From the NCBI GenBank assembly GCA_002245135.1, contig NGBS01000599.1, positions 1 through 64,000 of the forward strand: a stretch of DNA of 64,000 bases, read 5' to 3'. The DNA is from Proteromonas lacertae. Its lineage: Eukaryota. Position numbers and translations under genes: made by a program. Under the pieces are notes generated by a model. That model saw only the letters and a program-made list of their open reading frames with translations, ran no database searches and was not told the origin of the DNA. Of this stretch, positions 25,062 through 36,981 are shown in pieces (position 1 is the first letter of the stretch; each line of letters opens with the position of its first letter).

Positions 25062-25289
25062 TTAAGCTTCATTTAATAAATTTTCAAATATAATAATAAC
25101 TACATCTTTTCTGTTAACTGAAGCGCTAGTTCCACCTACACCTGGAATTTTATTTATTTTAACACTAGCATCAGCTATACCTTTTACTAATTTTTCATAA
25201 TCTGGTCTATTGCTGTTTGTGTACAACATTGAGCCAAATAAATGTTGGTCGTCCAATTCTCTTTGAGTTGAAGCAATAAGATTAGCCAT
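25062..25289 (-). CDS. Short ORF, possibly a truncated capsid N-terminus
   Basis: MANLIAST...RPDY...KINKIPGVGGTS...VIIIFEN is loosely like MCP N-termini. Confidence 0.25.
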   Translation of the reverse strand: MANLIASTQRELDDQHLFGSMLYTNSNRPDYEKLVKGIADASVKINKIPGVGGTSASVNRKDVVIIIFENLLNEA

Positions 25290-25609
25290 ATTATTCCTGT
25301 ATATATTAGAAAATCTCAACAAATACAAAATCAACAACAATAAGTACCGCCACCTCCACTTCAAACTCCATCAACTCAAAATCAAAATCAATCACAAATG
25401 GATCAAAAAGCAGAAGAAGCATACAACGAATTAATGGCTGATTTACCTCCACAAATGAAAGATTTATTAAACAATATAAATCCATCAACATTAGAACAGG
25501 CTATATTTGAATTAAATAGAATAGCTGATGAAGCTCTTAAACAACTGCATAAATATCTGTTATACTTTTAATGATAACTATTCTTTGTTTTTGTCTGTAA
25601 TAATATAAA

Positions 25610-26205
25610 ATGAGTTCTATGCACATATTTAACATAGTAGACGATGATTTGAGTGATAATCCAGACCATAACTAAAAAAAATATAACTGCTAAGAAAAGA
25701 AAGCGTAATGCTGAACAGGATTATGAGAATATGATGGATTACTTCTATGGAGAAGCTGAAGGTTGTGGAGGTTCAGACGATGAGGATTCATACGATTCTG
25801 AAGATGATGAAAATGCATCAGATGTCGATTCAGATGGTAACTTAATAGGTTTCATAACTAACGATAACGATGATGATGAGTCATATGAGCCAACAAAATC
25901 TGAAGAGGAGGAGATGGAATACGCATCTAGCGATGATGATAAGCAAGATAAAAATAAAGATGATATAATAATAATAAAAGGTAAAAGAAAAAATATAACA
26001 AATGCTTTATTAAACTCATTAGCTCCATTAAATTTATCTGAAGCAGAAAGAATTAACCAGAAGGCAGAAGATATATTAAAGAAGTTAAGTCAAAGTAGAT
26101 CAATTATGTGAAAATGCAAGTACTCCATATGGCATTATTATAAGAAGTTTAAATCAAACAGTGAAAGCATTATTTGAAATATCTTCAGAAAATAGAAGTA
26201 ATTTT
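25610..26205 (+). pseudogene. Acidic nuclear protein N-terminus, interrupted by hAT
   Basis: NLS-like KKRKR, YFYGEAE..SDDED...DSDGNLIGFITND; frameshifts near 25675 and 26090; the shifted frame runs into the hAT end. Confidence 0.5.
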
Positions 26206-27280
26206 CAGGGTTGTATTTATCGGTTACCGACGGAGATAGGTCAAAACCTATAGGTTTTGCCTTGACTGTAGGTAGGTCAAGCCTTACAAGCCGTATATTA
26301 TAAAATCTATTTTAATTCATTATATACTAATTTTCCCTTCATAAAAACTATCTTATAATATATTTTAATACTTGATTCATATATTTTCAATTCAATTAAA
26401 TAATTTTTAACTTTTTTATAAAGAATTACAATTTAATACTCAACAATAATTAGGTATTTTATATAATTATGTTCTTATTTATTTCTACTAATCATCAGTT
26501 TCATTTGTAATCTATCACATGATAAATTTGATTTGAATAAGTTACTTATTTATCCAGCCTCGGAAAATATTCTTTCTAGCTCTGAAGATGTTGCTAGACT
26601 GTTTAAACTGTTTTTGGCAAGTATGTATACCCTAGGAAACTTGGACTTTATTGATAGCCAGATATTTCCAATGGTTTCAGAGGTGCTGTAATGAATATCA
26701 TATTGCAAATATTCTTGTACTTCATTTGGCATAATTAATCTCTTTCTTTTTACTGCAAATGCATTTATCAAGGCTTTTTATCTTTAACATATTATACCAA
26801 AAGGCTTTGTAGAAGTTAAAATTAAGATGTTTAAGCATATTTGCCTCTATTAAGGCAATAACTTCACGAGCCGCTCCAATTGGTAAAACTATACTCCTAG
26901 AATATATAATGATAGATTATATTAGATACATTTATGATAATTTTAAGAAATGATTAATGTCAAGCTAAAAGTTTGCCATTTTTTCTTTCAAATTTTTATA
27001 ATCATTCTATACTTTATATTACATATATAACACAATAGTATAACTCATTGGTAAGGTTAGATTCAATTATGAAGAAAGAAAAAAGCGCATCAACCGACGG
27101 TTAATTCGGTATTTTATAGAATGATATATAGAGCTTGAATTCAATATGTACAGTTAGATAATATTATTAATATCACATGTTTAGGAGGAGGTCAGCTAAT
27201 AGTTACTACAGCCTGGTGTCGGTCAACATTTGTTTATTGACCTACGACCGATCGGTTTCTCCGTCGGTCAATACAACCGA
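26206..27280 (-). mobile_element. Internally deleted hAT DNA transposon
   Basis: Left end CAGGGTTGTATT, right end AATACAACCG (degraded); inverted subterminal ACCGACGGAGA; 18-bp palindrome at 26242-26259; internal transposase remnant. Confidence 0.8.
26550..26771 (-). pseudogene. hAT transposase C-terminal dimerisation domain
   Basis: EVQEYL...W...KFPRVYILAK..L...ATSSELERIFSEAG matches the hAT dimerisation motif. Confidence 0.88.
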
Positions 27281-28396
27281 ATTTAGGTGAAATATAATAA
27301 CATAAAGAAACGATAATCAATATGTGAAATATAAGTAACAATATTATACTGTGTTCTTTTCATTTATATTTTTTTGAAATTTAGGCTTGAGCTTAATAAC
27401 AGAGACAAAAAATATTGAACTTATAACATTATAGCACCAACAAACGATTTGTATTGATATATGTATGGACTTACATCTGCAAGTAATGATCTATCTTCTG
27501 GAGGTGATCACTTTCATTCTAGCAAAATAATTCTCTGAATATTATAATTTATATATATATATATATATATTAATATCAATTGAATAATATATTAGTATGA
27601 TGATAATGATAATCTTGATATTATTTGTTGATATGATAATCTTGTTATTAGTGTGAAAACCACTCTGAAAGTGGTTTATTAAAAATCATTTATAAGTAAG
27701 AATAAAGATAATTAATAATAACATTGATAATCTGGGCTACCTTCTTCACTTTCATCATCATCATCACTTTGCTCATCATCTTCTTTACTTACGATGCTGA
27801 TGAAGATAATGTCAAATAGAAGAATAGATATTATGCATTATATTATTAGGAACTATATTACTTATGATATTATATTACATATGTATAGAAAGAATTACAC
27901 ATATTTAAAAGATAATTACATATCTTACTTTAATATAGCAAGACATTTCTATTTAAATGCATCATATAAAACATATTTATATCAGAAAGGTATAAAAACT
28001 AATCATATAAAATTATGGGGCTGTTGTCATTTTTTACCAAAGCAGTATCATATAAGTAATGGATGGATTACAATCAAATGAAGATGTATCTATTCAGAGA
28101 GCTGAAGATAGTGAATATAACGGAAGAGTAATTGCAAAGGGTTATAAAGCTTTAATGCTAACATTAGTGTTGGGATACTATTCAAAGCAAAACATCTGTA
28201 ATATGATGTAATATATAAATCTTATGTTTTATTTAAGGGGAAAAATTAATAGATTTATAGTTTTTATTGAAATTGTTAACAATTAATGAGTTAATGATTA
28301 ATGTCCTATTATTATCTTGATTTTTTAACTACAACTTAATGTTTATCATACAGTGATTTTACTTTTGCTTAAGATAATTTTCGAAAAACTTAAGCT

Positions 28397-29206
28397 AGCC
28401 TTCGAGTTATTTTCAAAATACTTAAGTGTGAAACCGACGTTTTCTAAAAACTTGAGATTTATTTCGAAATACTAGAGCTTTTTTCAAGCTCTCTTTTAAA
28501 GTGAGATATTTCATTTTAAGCATAATAAACCTATAATAGTTTATATTTTATTTATGATATTGTAGATATTATAACTGAGAATTATAGAGGTTATAGTAAC
28601 TAATAGTAGTAAATTAGGTTGAAATACCGATCTGCTTGGTAAAATACTTTCAAATCCTATTCTGCTGAAGATTATATTTAATTATATGATATTATTGTAG
28701 TTATAAATCTGTCATTTACATTTATACTGTTTTTTGTGGAATTAATACTCAGATTATCATTAGAATGTGTTTATTATCTTTTTTTAATAATAATATGTGG
28801 AAATGAAAGCATAAATAGTAATTATAGAAGTATTGATATAATGTTAAGTAATTAGTTAATAAATACTTCTTATAGTGTGTATTAAAAGGATATATACTAT
28901 TTATAGGAAGTAGTATATCTTAGGATGAAATTAAGTGTAATTTATATGTGTTGTAGTTGTTATTAATATCAGAATTAAGTAGTGCTAATTATATGTGCTA
29001 AAAGTGAGATATTTTGTTAAAAGATGAATTGGTTATTGTTTGTATTATGTATTGTGTTTTTAGATAGATTATTAATTAATTTGGGAAAGAAAAATATCTC
29101 ACTTTAAAAGAGAGTTTGAAAAAAGCTCAAGTATTTCGCAATAAATCTCAAGTTTTTAGAAAATGTCGGTTTCACACTTAAGTATTTTGAAAATAACTCA
29201 AAGGCT
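28397..29206. mobile_element. Non-autonomous element with ~115-bp terminal inverted repeats
   Basis: 28397-28511 is the reverse complement of 29092-29206 with few mismatches; non-coding interior; no clear target-site duplication. Confidence 0.8.
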
Positions 29207-29448
29207 TTGTTGTTCCCCGTTGAGTACAACTCCCCGTTGAACGATTAGAAACTTTAGAAACAAACTAATTACATAATGTTATTACTCAAAAGTGACAAAA
29301 TTTAAGGATTTAAGAATTATACCCCTTCTGACGTCAGTGTTTTCACACAAACTTTCTCAAACTACATTCATTTCATTTTTTTGATTTTAAAACTATTAAA
29401 ATAGTTAATATTATTGTAATTTAAATAATTAGCATAATTGGATTTTTA

Positions 29449-30147
29449 TCATACAAAATTTGCTGTTTTTATATCACCAATATAGATCTTATAATTATTG
29501 GATGTTATTAATGTACCATTGTCACTACTATTATTTTTGCTTAAAGATTTACTGATAGGATAATACTGTACTTTTTTGATGTGGCTTTCTAATGTATATG
29601 TTGTTTTCCAATTTTTAAATGACGTAAAAACACTTATATTACTAATCTTCTTAATAAATTCATCACTTTTTTTAATTGATATACCATTCATTTTAAAAAA
29701 TTCAAGTAAATATAATGAAAACTTGTCAATGTCAGAAAGATTGTTCAAACTACTCTCACCATTATTTTCTGCAGAACTATCAATATTTATTTCAATTTGA
29801 TCATTTTCCGGACTTTCTTCTCCATCACTTTCATATTCATCATTTTTTTCTCCATCACTTTCTTCTCCATTGAAATGAAAAATATCTTCATCGATTGGTT
29901 CATCTTCAAATACTATCATTTCTTCTCCTTCGTAATCATTTTCTAAAACTTTTTTACTGCCTATTTTGTTTTTATTGTAATCATAATCTTCATCTTTTCC
30001 ATCACTTTTATCTTCATAATTATTGCTTTCATCATTCTGATTATCATTATCTTCATAAATATTATTCTCATATATTACACATTGATTCTCATCATCATCT
30101 TCTATTTCCATTTCTGTTACTGAAGGTTGTTTATTATTATACCTCAA
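29449..30147 (-). pseudogene. Acidic ORF, possibly a truncated DNA-transposase N-terminus
   Basis: Acidic tract, then LLEFFKMNGISIKKSDEFIKKI...KTTYTL, loosely like CACTA/CMC-type N-termini; about 230 bp from a TIR-like end at 29207. Confidence 0.3.
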
Positions 30148-30379
30148 TCTCTTGATATTAAAATAAATATCTTCAACTCTATATGGTTTATTTTTACAAT
30201 CAAATAATATGAATCTGCTTTTTAATGTTTTATTTATATTATTATTTAAATCTTTATAATTATAAGAATGATTGTTATATTTTTAATATTTATATTAAAG
30301 TATTTATATTTTAATATATATTTGTTGTATATATCCATTAATTTATAAAAATTTAATTGTTTATGTATACTACAAAAGT

Positions 30380-30706
30380 TTAAAAGAAATAAAAAATTGG
30401 AATATGAATCATCATTATCATTATAATTTTTAATTTTTCGGTTATTATGAATACACTGTAGTGCATCAAAGAAATAACAATTTGATTATTAGTAGTTAAG
30501 AAATATATATTGCTATCGGGATATTCTTTAATTATTTGATTTATTGGTGTTGAAATATTATATTTAATAGTAGCTCTAAAATGTGATTTGAAATCTATTC
30601 CTATACTACCTGTGGTATAGAATAATATATTATTTTTATTATAAAAAATCAAATCAGTTTCAGCTAGAGGATATGCTGCTGCTATGATATTTTCTAAAAT
30701 ACTCAT
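30380..30706 (-). CDS. Hypothetical ORF or gene fragment
   Basis: 108-aa ATG-initiated ORF with no recognisable motif. Confidence 0.25.
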   Translation of the reverse strand: MSILENIIAAAYPLAETDLIFYNKNNILFYTTGSIGIDFKSHFRATIKYNISTPINQIIKEYPDSNIYFLTTNNQIVISLMHYSVFIITEKLKIIMIMMIHIPIFYFF

Positions 30707-31039
30707 TTTCGATTTTGAAAATTCTATAAAATTCTCAAACTATAAACGTATTTTGAATCTAATTATTTTTTTATTGTTATTTTATGCAGTTCAAGCAGTA
30801 TATTTATATTATTAATATTTCCTCTTTCCTTTCTTTCCTTTCTTTCATTTCTTTCAAATCTTATTTTAAATCTTTTTTTTATAGAATTGATATGTATTTG
30901 GTAGTTCTATAAATTGTAATTGAATAACCTTCGATTTAGGAATATGGGCTAGTTTGATGGTATATGTGTTATTACAAGAATATTTTAGATATCAGTATTG
31001 CTTTTTTTGCAACTCCTTCACTTTATTAAGGTTAAATAA

Positions 31040-33090
31040 ACTCAGAGAAACAGAAAAGATAGATTTGAGAAGTATAATTTAATATTTTTATATTCATTTA
31101 GATAATCAACATATGAAAGTGTAGAAATACATATTAGCCGTTTATTTTCAGTGTCAAATCTTAAAGAACTTCAATTGGATGGAAATGAGACTGCAGATTC
31201 AGGAATACATTTACATTAAAAGATGAAGAATTATTGAAACCAAGAGTAAAAGCGCAAGATTCCTTTCTCAACTAAAACAGAAAAGAAAGAGTAAATATTC
31301 AATAACAAAATCTATTGATGAGATTGAGAATAAAGAGAACGAACATATTTATAATCCAACTCCTCCTCCAACAGTATTTATATTTCATAATATATAAGCC
31401 ATTTAGATGATACACAAATAGAATGTGAATAATATATAAACAAAATCATTAAAAGAATCTCCAAGTAATAGTAATATTAATGGAAGTACAAAATTAAATA
31501 ATTTGAATTTAAATACTTCATTATATCAAGTCACCAATTTCACCTCGTTTATTGAATGGAGAAAATGAATTAGTTCGTAGTAGTGCACCAGTTGCTGCTC
31601 CAGTATAAAGCAGTTGTTCACAGTGAGACAATGAAATTTACTGATCATTTATCCAATATATTAGTTCATAAAAGAATGTATAATACTAATAATTAATATT
31701 ATTTTATATATTAATGTAAATTATAGTGTTATCAATATTCCGTATATCCAAAGTTACTGAAATGAAGTAATTGGATATATAATTTGGTGTGATGGAAGTA
31801 AAGGATGCTGCTTATGAAGAATTATTGAAACAAAGAGTAGAAAAGAAAGTATTATTTACAGGTATCATTTATAGATATCATTTACAGGTAGTTTAGTAAG
31901 AGAAATTAAATATATTATATATAGAATTATTCGCATATAAAGAGGAGTTTAATAGAATACATTTTAATAGAATCTTCAATAGAGATAGAATTATCTTCAA
32001 GTGGATTAAATATTATTTTACAAGTTATTCATTAACAGTATATATATTTATATTAATAATATTCAATAATTATAATGAAATAGATATTCAAATTGATATG
32101 TTAGTTCATAAAGGTGAGATGAATTACAATTGATAATCTATTGAAAAGTTCTTCATTCATAAGTATATGTTTATATGTGATAATATTTATATTACAATAG
32201 ATTATCGACTGAATAGTATTTTAATTGAAGATGAAGGCGTGATGCTATTAACAAATGAACTAGATTCAGTTGAGTAGAATGTATATTTTATTTATTTTAT
32301 TATGTTGTAGATGGAAAAACCTTAAGTATATTTTTATTTTTTTTATAATTTTTTTTAGAATTAGATGTTTGCAATAGTATAATTAATTATTTTTCTTATA
32401 TTTATATAGGTTGGATTACAAAGAATATGTGTAATATATTGTTGTTCCCCGTATGGCGGAAATCTATATTGTAGAATGATTCAATCAAAACTAATATGAT
32501 ATTCATGATGTTTGGAGTCAGTTATTAACAAATATATAGTTAGTTTGTCATATGACCTACATCTGTGATATACTTTTTTATGAACTTCATTATTATCAAT
32601 ATTAAACTAATTTTTGTATATTTTCTATTTTAATGTATCAGTGACTACTACAGTCTAAAATACATTATCTGATATGAATAGAATTCACTATTTTTAATGT
32701 TAAGGCGGTTAAAAAAGAAAAAAGAAAAAATAAGCTCAAGCCTCACTCAAGCCTGCTATTTAATTTCCTTTTTTATTACCTTAACATTAAAAATAATGTA
32801 TTCTATTCATATCAGATAATGTATTTTAGACTGTAGTAGTCACTGATACATTAAAATAAAAAATATACAAAAATTAGTTTAATATTGATAATAATGAAGT
32901 TCATAAATAAGTATATCACAGATGTAGGTCATATGACAAACTAACTATATATTTGTTAATAACTAACTCCGAACATCATGAATATCATATTAGTTTTGAT
33001 TGAATCATTCTGCAATATAGATTTCCGCCATACGGGGATTTCCGCCATACGGGGAACAACAATATATGATGGTGAAGATATTATATTATA
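31040..33090 (+). pseudogene. Decayed intron-rich host gene carrying a MITE insertion
   Basis: Protein-like exon pieces separated by ~30-nt GT-AG introns (e.g. 31072-31101), with many stops; last exon VGLQRICVI[MITE]YDGEDIIL*. Confidence 0.5.
32439..33062. mobile_element. Foldback/MITE element with ~270-bp arms
   Basis: Near-perfect inverted repeat TTGTTGTTCCCCGTATGGCGG...CCGCCATACGGGGAACAACAA; ~70-bp spacer; TATA on both flanks; 17-bp tandem duplication at 33021-33054. Confidence 0.92.
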
Positions 33091-33855
33091 AATTAATTAA
33101 TTTTGTTTGTGTTTTATGTAATAATCATAATTGCAATAGAATAGCATTCATTCTATAAATGAAATATAAATTACCAACTTTGACATTACCTATCTAAATT
33201 ACCTCTCTTATAACACTTAGCTATATATACCAAAAGTAAACTGCATATCCAGGCATTCTGTTTCCTTAATATTAATTTATTTGACTTCCTATTAATATAT
33301 GAATTTTGAGATTTTCGATTCTGACAATTTTTTTAGGTGTTTGGTTTTCGGATTTTTACCTACTTTTACTCACTTTAAATATATTTTTAGCAACTCGTAG
33401 AAAGAATATTTAAAAGAAAATTCTTCATGTTATGTATTTTGGTTAGAGTTATCAAAATTTACATATAAAATTAAAAAAGAAGAAATGACCAAAATCAAGT
33501 ATTTTTGAAACTAACTACACCAGTATATAGTCCAACTCATAACTCATATAGTGGCAAATTTTTATCGTCCAATTTATTTTAGTTATTGAGAAAAAACGTT
33601 TCAAAGTCAAAAAAGAACCTTATAAATTTGTTATGGTGAAGTCCTGCTGATCGTGGATGTTATGATAGTGTTTGGTATATATATTATATAGTGTTTTTAA
33701 TGTAATTGTAGTTGTGTTCTTTTATCAATAAAAATAATCAGAATTCAATCATTCGGTTTAAATAGCGAGATAAATGGGGAGGAACACAATATTTAATAAT
33801 CAAAGAAAATTGATTCACTTTGCTGTTAATCACTATACATCAAGATCATTTCTTT

Positions 33856-34543
33856 ATGAGTAGAATTTTCATCTCTATCCTATTAATAAGCGCAGTCTGG
33901 GCGAATGGTTGCATTAAGACATATAATTGTGAAAAAGACAACTATTTTGACGATGTAATATTTGATGGTCATAAAGATTTTGAAAATCACTTAAAAAACA
34001 TCAGCAGTATGGAGAAATGCAATTGATAAAGAGGTACCTGATGTAATAAGCTGCTATTTAAAGAAGTCTAAACAATATAAATATTATGTCTTGTCAGATG
34101 TTGATATTATACTAATCAACATTCCTAACAATATGTTTGATTTATATAGCACAATTCTATCTAGTTGTAAGGTTAATGTAGTTGGGCCATCTTTAATGAT
34201 AAATGATATATCAATGCTATTTCCAGATTATAAAAGAGTTTATAATTTTGAAACAAAATATCTTAAAAGCAATCATTATGATGTTCTATATAAAAATTAT
34301 TATGTATCATTTATTGAAGCTGATATCGATACAATATTTGGAATGAGAAAAAGTACTGCAAGATTTAAAAGACATAGTAAATTATCATTTAGATCTCTAT
34401 CTCCTTATATATCACATCATATTGATTGGTATATCACAGCTAAATCTATTCCTAAATCTTTTATATACTATGTCAATCATTCAAAATCCATAAATCACTC
34501 TGGTTCTGCATTTAAAATTTCCAATTCACTAAAACAACCTTAG
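33856..34543 (+). CDS. GT-A fold glycosyltransferase (bacterial GT2-like), frameshifted at an A6 run
   Basis: Removing one A at 33993-33998 fuses two ORFs; hydrophobic N-terminus, YVLSDVDI (DxD), VGPSLMINDI, ADIDTIF, PYISHHIDWY. Confidence 0.6.
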
Positions 34544-34552
34544 AATTGATAA

Positions 34553-35509
34553 ATGTTAAATATATTTATTATATATTTTATTTTAATGGTGATTTGTGTT
34601 AGATACTATGATTATATTTTTAATAATTATATCTTTACAAGGATTACATTTAACAGAAATGATAATTTATCAGAATTGTTTATTAATTCTGTTAATATAT
34701 ACAATCAAAGAATAGATTATATAAATCGTATGTACAAAATGAATCAGATATGTAAGGGATGGAAGAAAGCAATAATTGTACTATTAAAATATGATGAAAT
34801 TAAAAAGTTTATAAATAGAAACTACTTATTTCTTATACAAAAATATCATGATGAATTAATATTCTTTGTTACTGAAAGAATATCTAAAACAACTTTATAT
34901 AAAGATATAAAATATATAGTAGTGGATATATCTGAAATTTTTTTCTCATTTCCTTATAAATTTAATCAATCAGCACATAAACCAAACTATATGAAGAGAG
35001 GAAAATGGAATTACCAACATATGTGTAGATTCTTTTTTAAAAATATATTTTTTCATCCCATATTGTGTGATGTTGATATTTATATGAGGCTTGATTCAGA
35101 ATCAATACTAAATACTACTCAAAATTTATTTAATTTAATGGGGGAAGGAATTGTCTATATGCACAATAAAATAATGAATGATTGTGGTAGATTAGTAGAA
35201 GGATTAAAACAATATATTTTTTCTTTTGTAAAAGCATTGAATATAGATATAAAAGATAAAGAAAAGTATTATTTAGCATTTAATAAAACTGCCCTATTAT
35301 ATTACAATAATTTTGAAATATGTCAAATGAAATTTTTTAGAAGTAAAGAAATGATTCTATTATCCAGTTTAATTGATTACAGTTATGGACAGTTTATTTA
35401 TAGATGGGGAGATGCTCCTTTAAGATATATTAGTTTATCTATGTTTGCTGATAACTCTTCAATAATTGCATTACCTCATTCAGTAAAATATTGCCATCAA
35501 AATTGTTAA
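34553..35509 (+). CDS. GT15 (Kre2/Mnt1-like) alpha-1,2-mannosyltransferase
   Basis: YQHMCRFF, YMRLDSE, YYNNFEI and RWGDAP motifs; N-terminal signal anchor. Confidence 0.9.
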   Translation: MLNIFIIYFILMVICVRYYDYIFNNYIFTRITFNRNDNLSELFINSVNIYNQRIDYINRMYKMNQICKGWKKAIIVLLKYDEIKKFINRNYLFLIQKYHDELIFFVTERISKTTLYKDIKYIVVDISEIFFSFPYKFNQSAHKPNYMKRGKWNYQHMCRFFFKNIFFHPILCDVDIYMRLDSESILNTTQNLFNLMGEGIVYMHNKIMNDCGRLVEGLKQYIFSFVKALNIDIKDKEKYYLAFNKTALLYYNNFEICQMKFFRSKEMILLSSLIDYSYGQFIYRWGDAPLRYISLSMFADNSSIIALPHSVKYCHQNC

Positions 35510-35518
35510 CTTAAAGTA

Positions 35519-35549
<31 letters not shown>

Positions 35550-35905
35550 TTATATAAAATCAACAAATTGTTAAAATTACTGTAATAGATTTTTTAATCT
35601 TTCAGTTGATGATATTTTACGTATTTGAATAGAAGCACCAGGAATAGAAACATAAGCAAAGCATAACTTATTTTTAGAATATAGTTCAATTATACTACTG
35701 ACAATAAGTAACTAGAGTAACTCTTATTAACCTATTTTTCTAATAGATAAGAAATTGACAAATATATCAATATTTTATATTATGTAATACATAGAGTAAA
35801 AGAAAAATATTTATACTGTCAACATAATTTATTGTACATGAGAATATATTATTACAATCCTTATAAAAAGAGTAAAAATTTCTATTAACAACCATATTTT
35901 AAAAT

Positions 35906-36901
35906 CTAGAATTTGTGATAATTTTTAATATATTTGCAAAATTTGCATGGCGTAAATATGTAATGTTTCATATTTTTATACCAATCTTTTGAATAATTGT
36001 AAGGCCAATTTATATATTCACTTAATATCTTTCTATCATTTCTAATTAAATAAACATAATTTATTAATTCGCTATAATTTTTAAAATCTTTTGCATTAAT
36101 AATTGAAAAATTAGTTGGATAAAATTTCTCAACATTTTTTGCTCCAAAATATATGGGAATTGATCCTCCTCTCATGCAATCCCATAGTTTTTCTGTTACA
36201 TAATCATCATCAATCGTATCTGAATGCATTTGTCCCCATTTAACTTGATTAATAGTATTTTCTATTGCTAAACAGAATTTATAATTTTTAATAAGTAAAT
36301 ATTTTTGATTGGGCAAGTTATCAGGCCATTTAAGATGATTCTTAAACGCTTGACCAAAAATATCTACTTTCATTTTTCTATTAAACATTTGGCATATTAA
36401 ATTTCTATTTTTGTATGGTTGTCTATAAATAAAGACAATATCTTTTCTTTTCATAAAATCATCAATTGATCTTAGAGATGCTTTTCCATCATTAATAATA
36501 TGAACAATATTATGATAATATGGATATGAGAAATGATGTTTTGATATGAGAAGTTTATAACTAATCAAAACATCAAATGAATTATCTCTTCCACTGCTAA
36601 TATATAGCATATTTTTCCATCTACTTAATGCTTCTACATTTATTTTTATATTTAAAATGTGATTATTTTTTCTTTGAGATAATGATTTTATGTAGCGATT
36701 ATACATAACAGCATTATAGTTATACATATTGTTATTATTTATAATACATTTTACATTTCCACATTTATATTTAGTATTATTTAGTCCAAACCATTCATCC
36801 ATATATCTACTATTTATGTATATATTATATAATTTGTTTTTCTTCCAAACTGCAATACAACCAACTATTAAAACAATAAATATATTTTGCGCTATTGTCA
36901 T
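35906..36901 (-). CDS. GT10 alpha-1,3/4-fucosyltransferase
   Basis: YKFCLAIEN...DDDYVTEKLWDC...SIPIYFGA; N-terminal signal anchor. Confidence 0.92.
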   Translation of the reverse strand: MTIAQNIFIVLIVGCIAVWKKNKLYNIYINSRYMDEWFGLNNTKYKCGNVKCIINNNNMYNYNAVMYNRYIKSLSQRKNNHILNIKINVEALSRWKNMLYISSGRDNSFDVLISYKLLISKHHFSYPYYHNIVHIINDGKASLRSIDDFMKRKDIVFIYRQPYKNRNLICQMFNRKMKVDIFGQAFKNHLKWPDNLPNQKYLLIKNYKFCLAIENTINQVKWGQMHSDTIDDDYVTEKLWDCMRGGSIPIYFGAKNVEKFYPTNFSIINAKDFKNYSELINYVYLIRNDRKILSEYINWPYNYSKDWYKNMKHYIFTPCKFCKYIKNYHKF

Positions 36902-36981
36902 TTACCAATTAAAAATATACAATATATATTGTATTAATAAGCCAATTTTAAAATTACATTTTTATTTTTTTCTTAATAAGA

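Larger units (their letters stand above)
12560..26205. mobile_element. Polinton/Maverick-like endogenous viral element B (boundaries approximate)
   Basis: pPolB and integrase on +, followed by densely packed intronless ORFs; right side interrupted by a hAT element; no TIR pair found. Confidence 0.8.

Noticed and set aside
12560..26205. Terminal inverted repeats and TSD for element B
   Set aside because: No reverse-complement match to the 12.6-kb island was seen near 26-28 kb.
27794..28081. 95-aa ORF
   Set aside because: No motif, and it lies in heavily decayed sequence; cannot be supported as a gene.
28397..33062. CRISPR-like array or prokaryotic origin of the repeats
   Set aside because: The repeats are inverted TE arms rather than spaced direct repeats, and the context is eukaryotic with introns.
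35519..35546. (TA)n microsatellites here and at about 27550 and 46476
   Set aside because: Ordinary simple repeats in an AT-rich genome.
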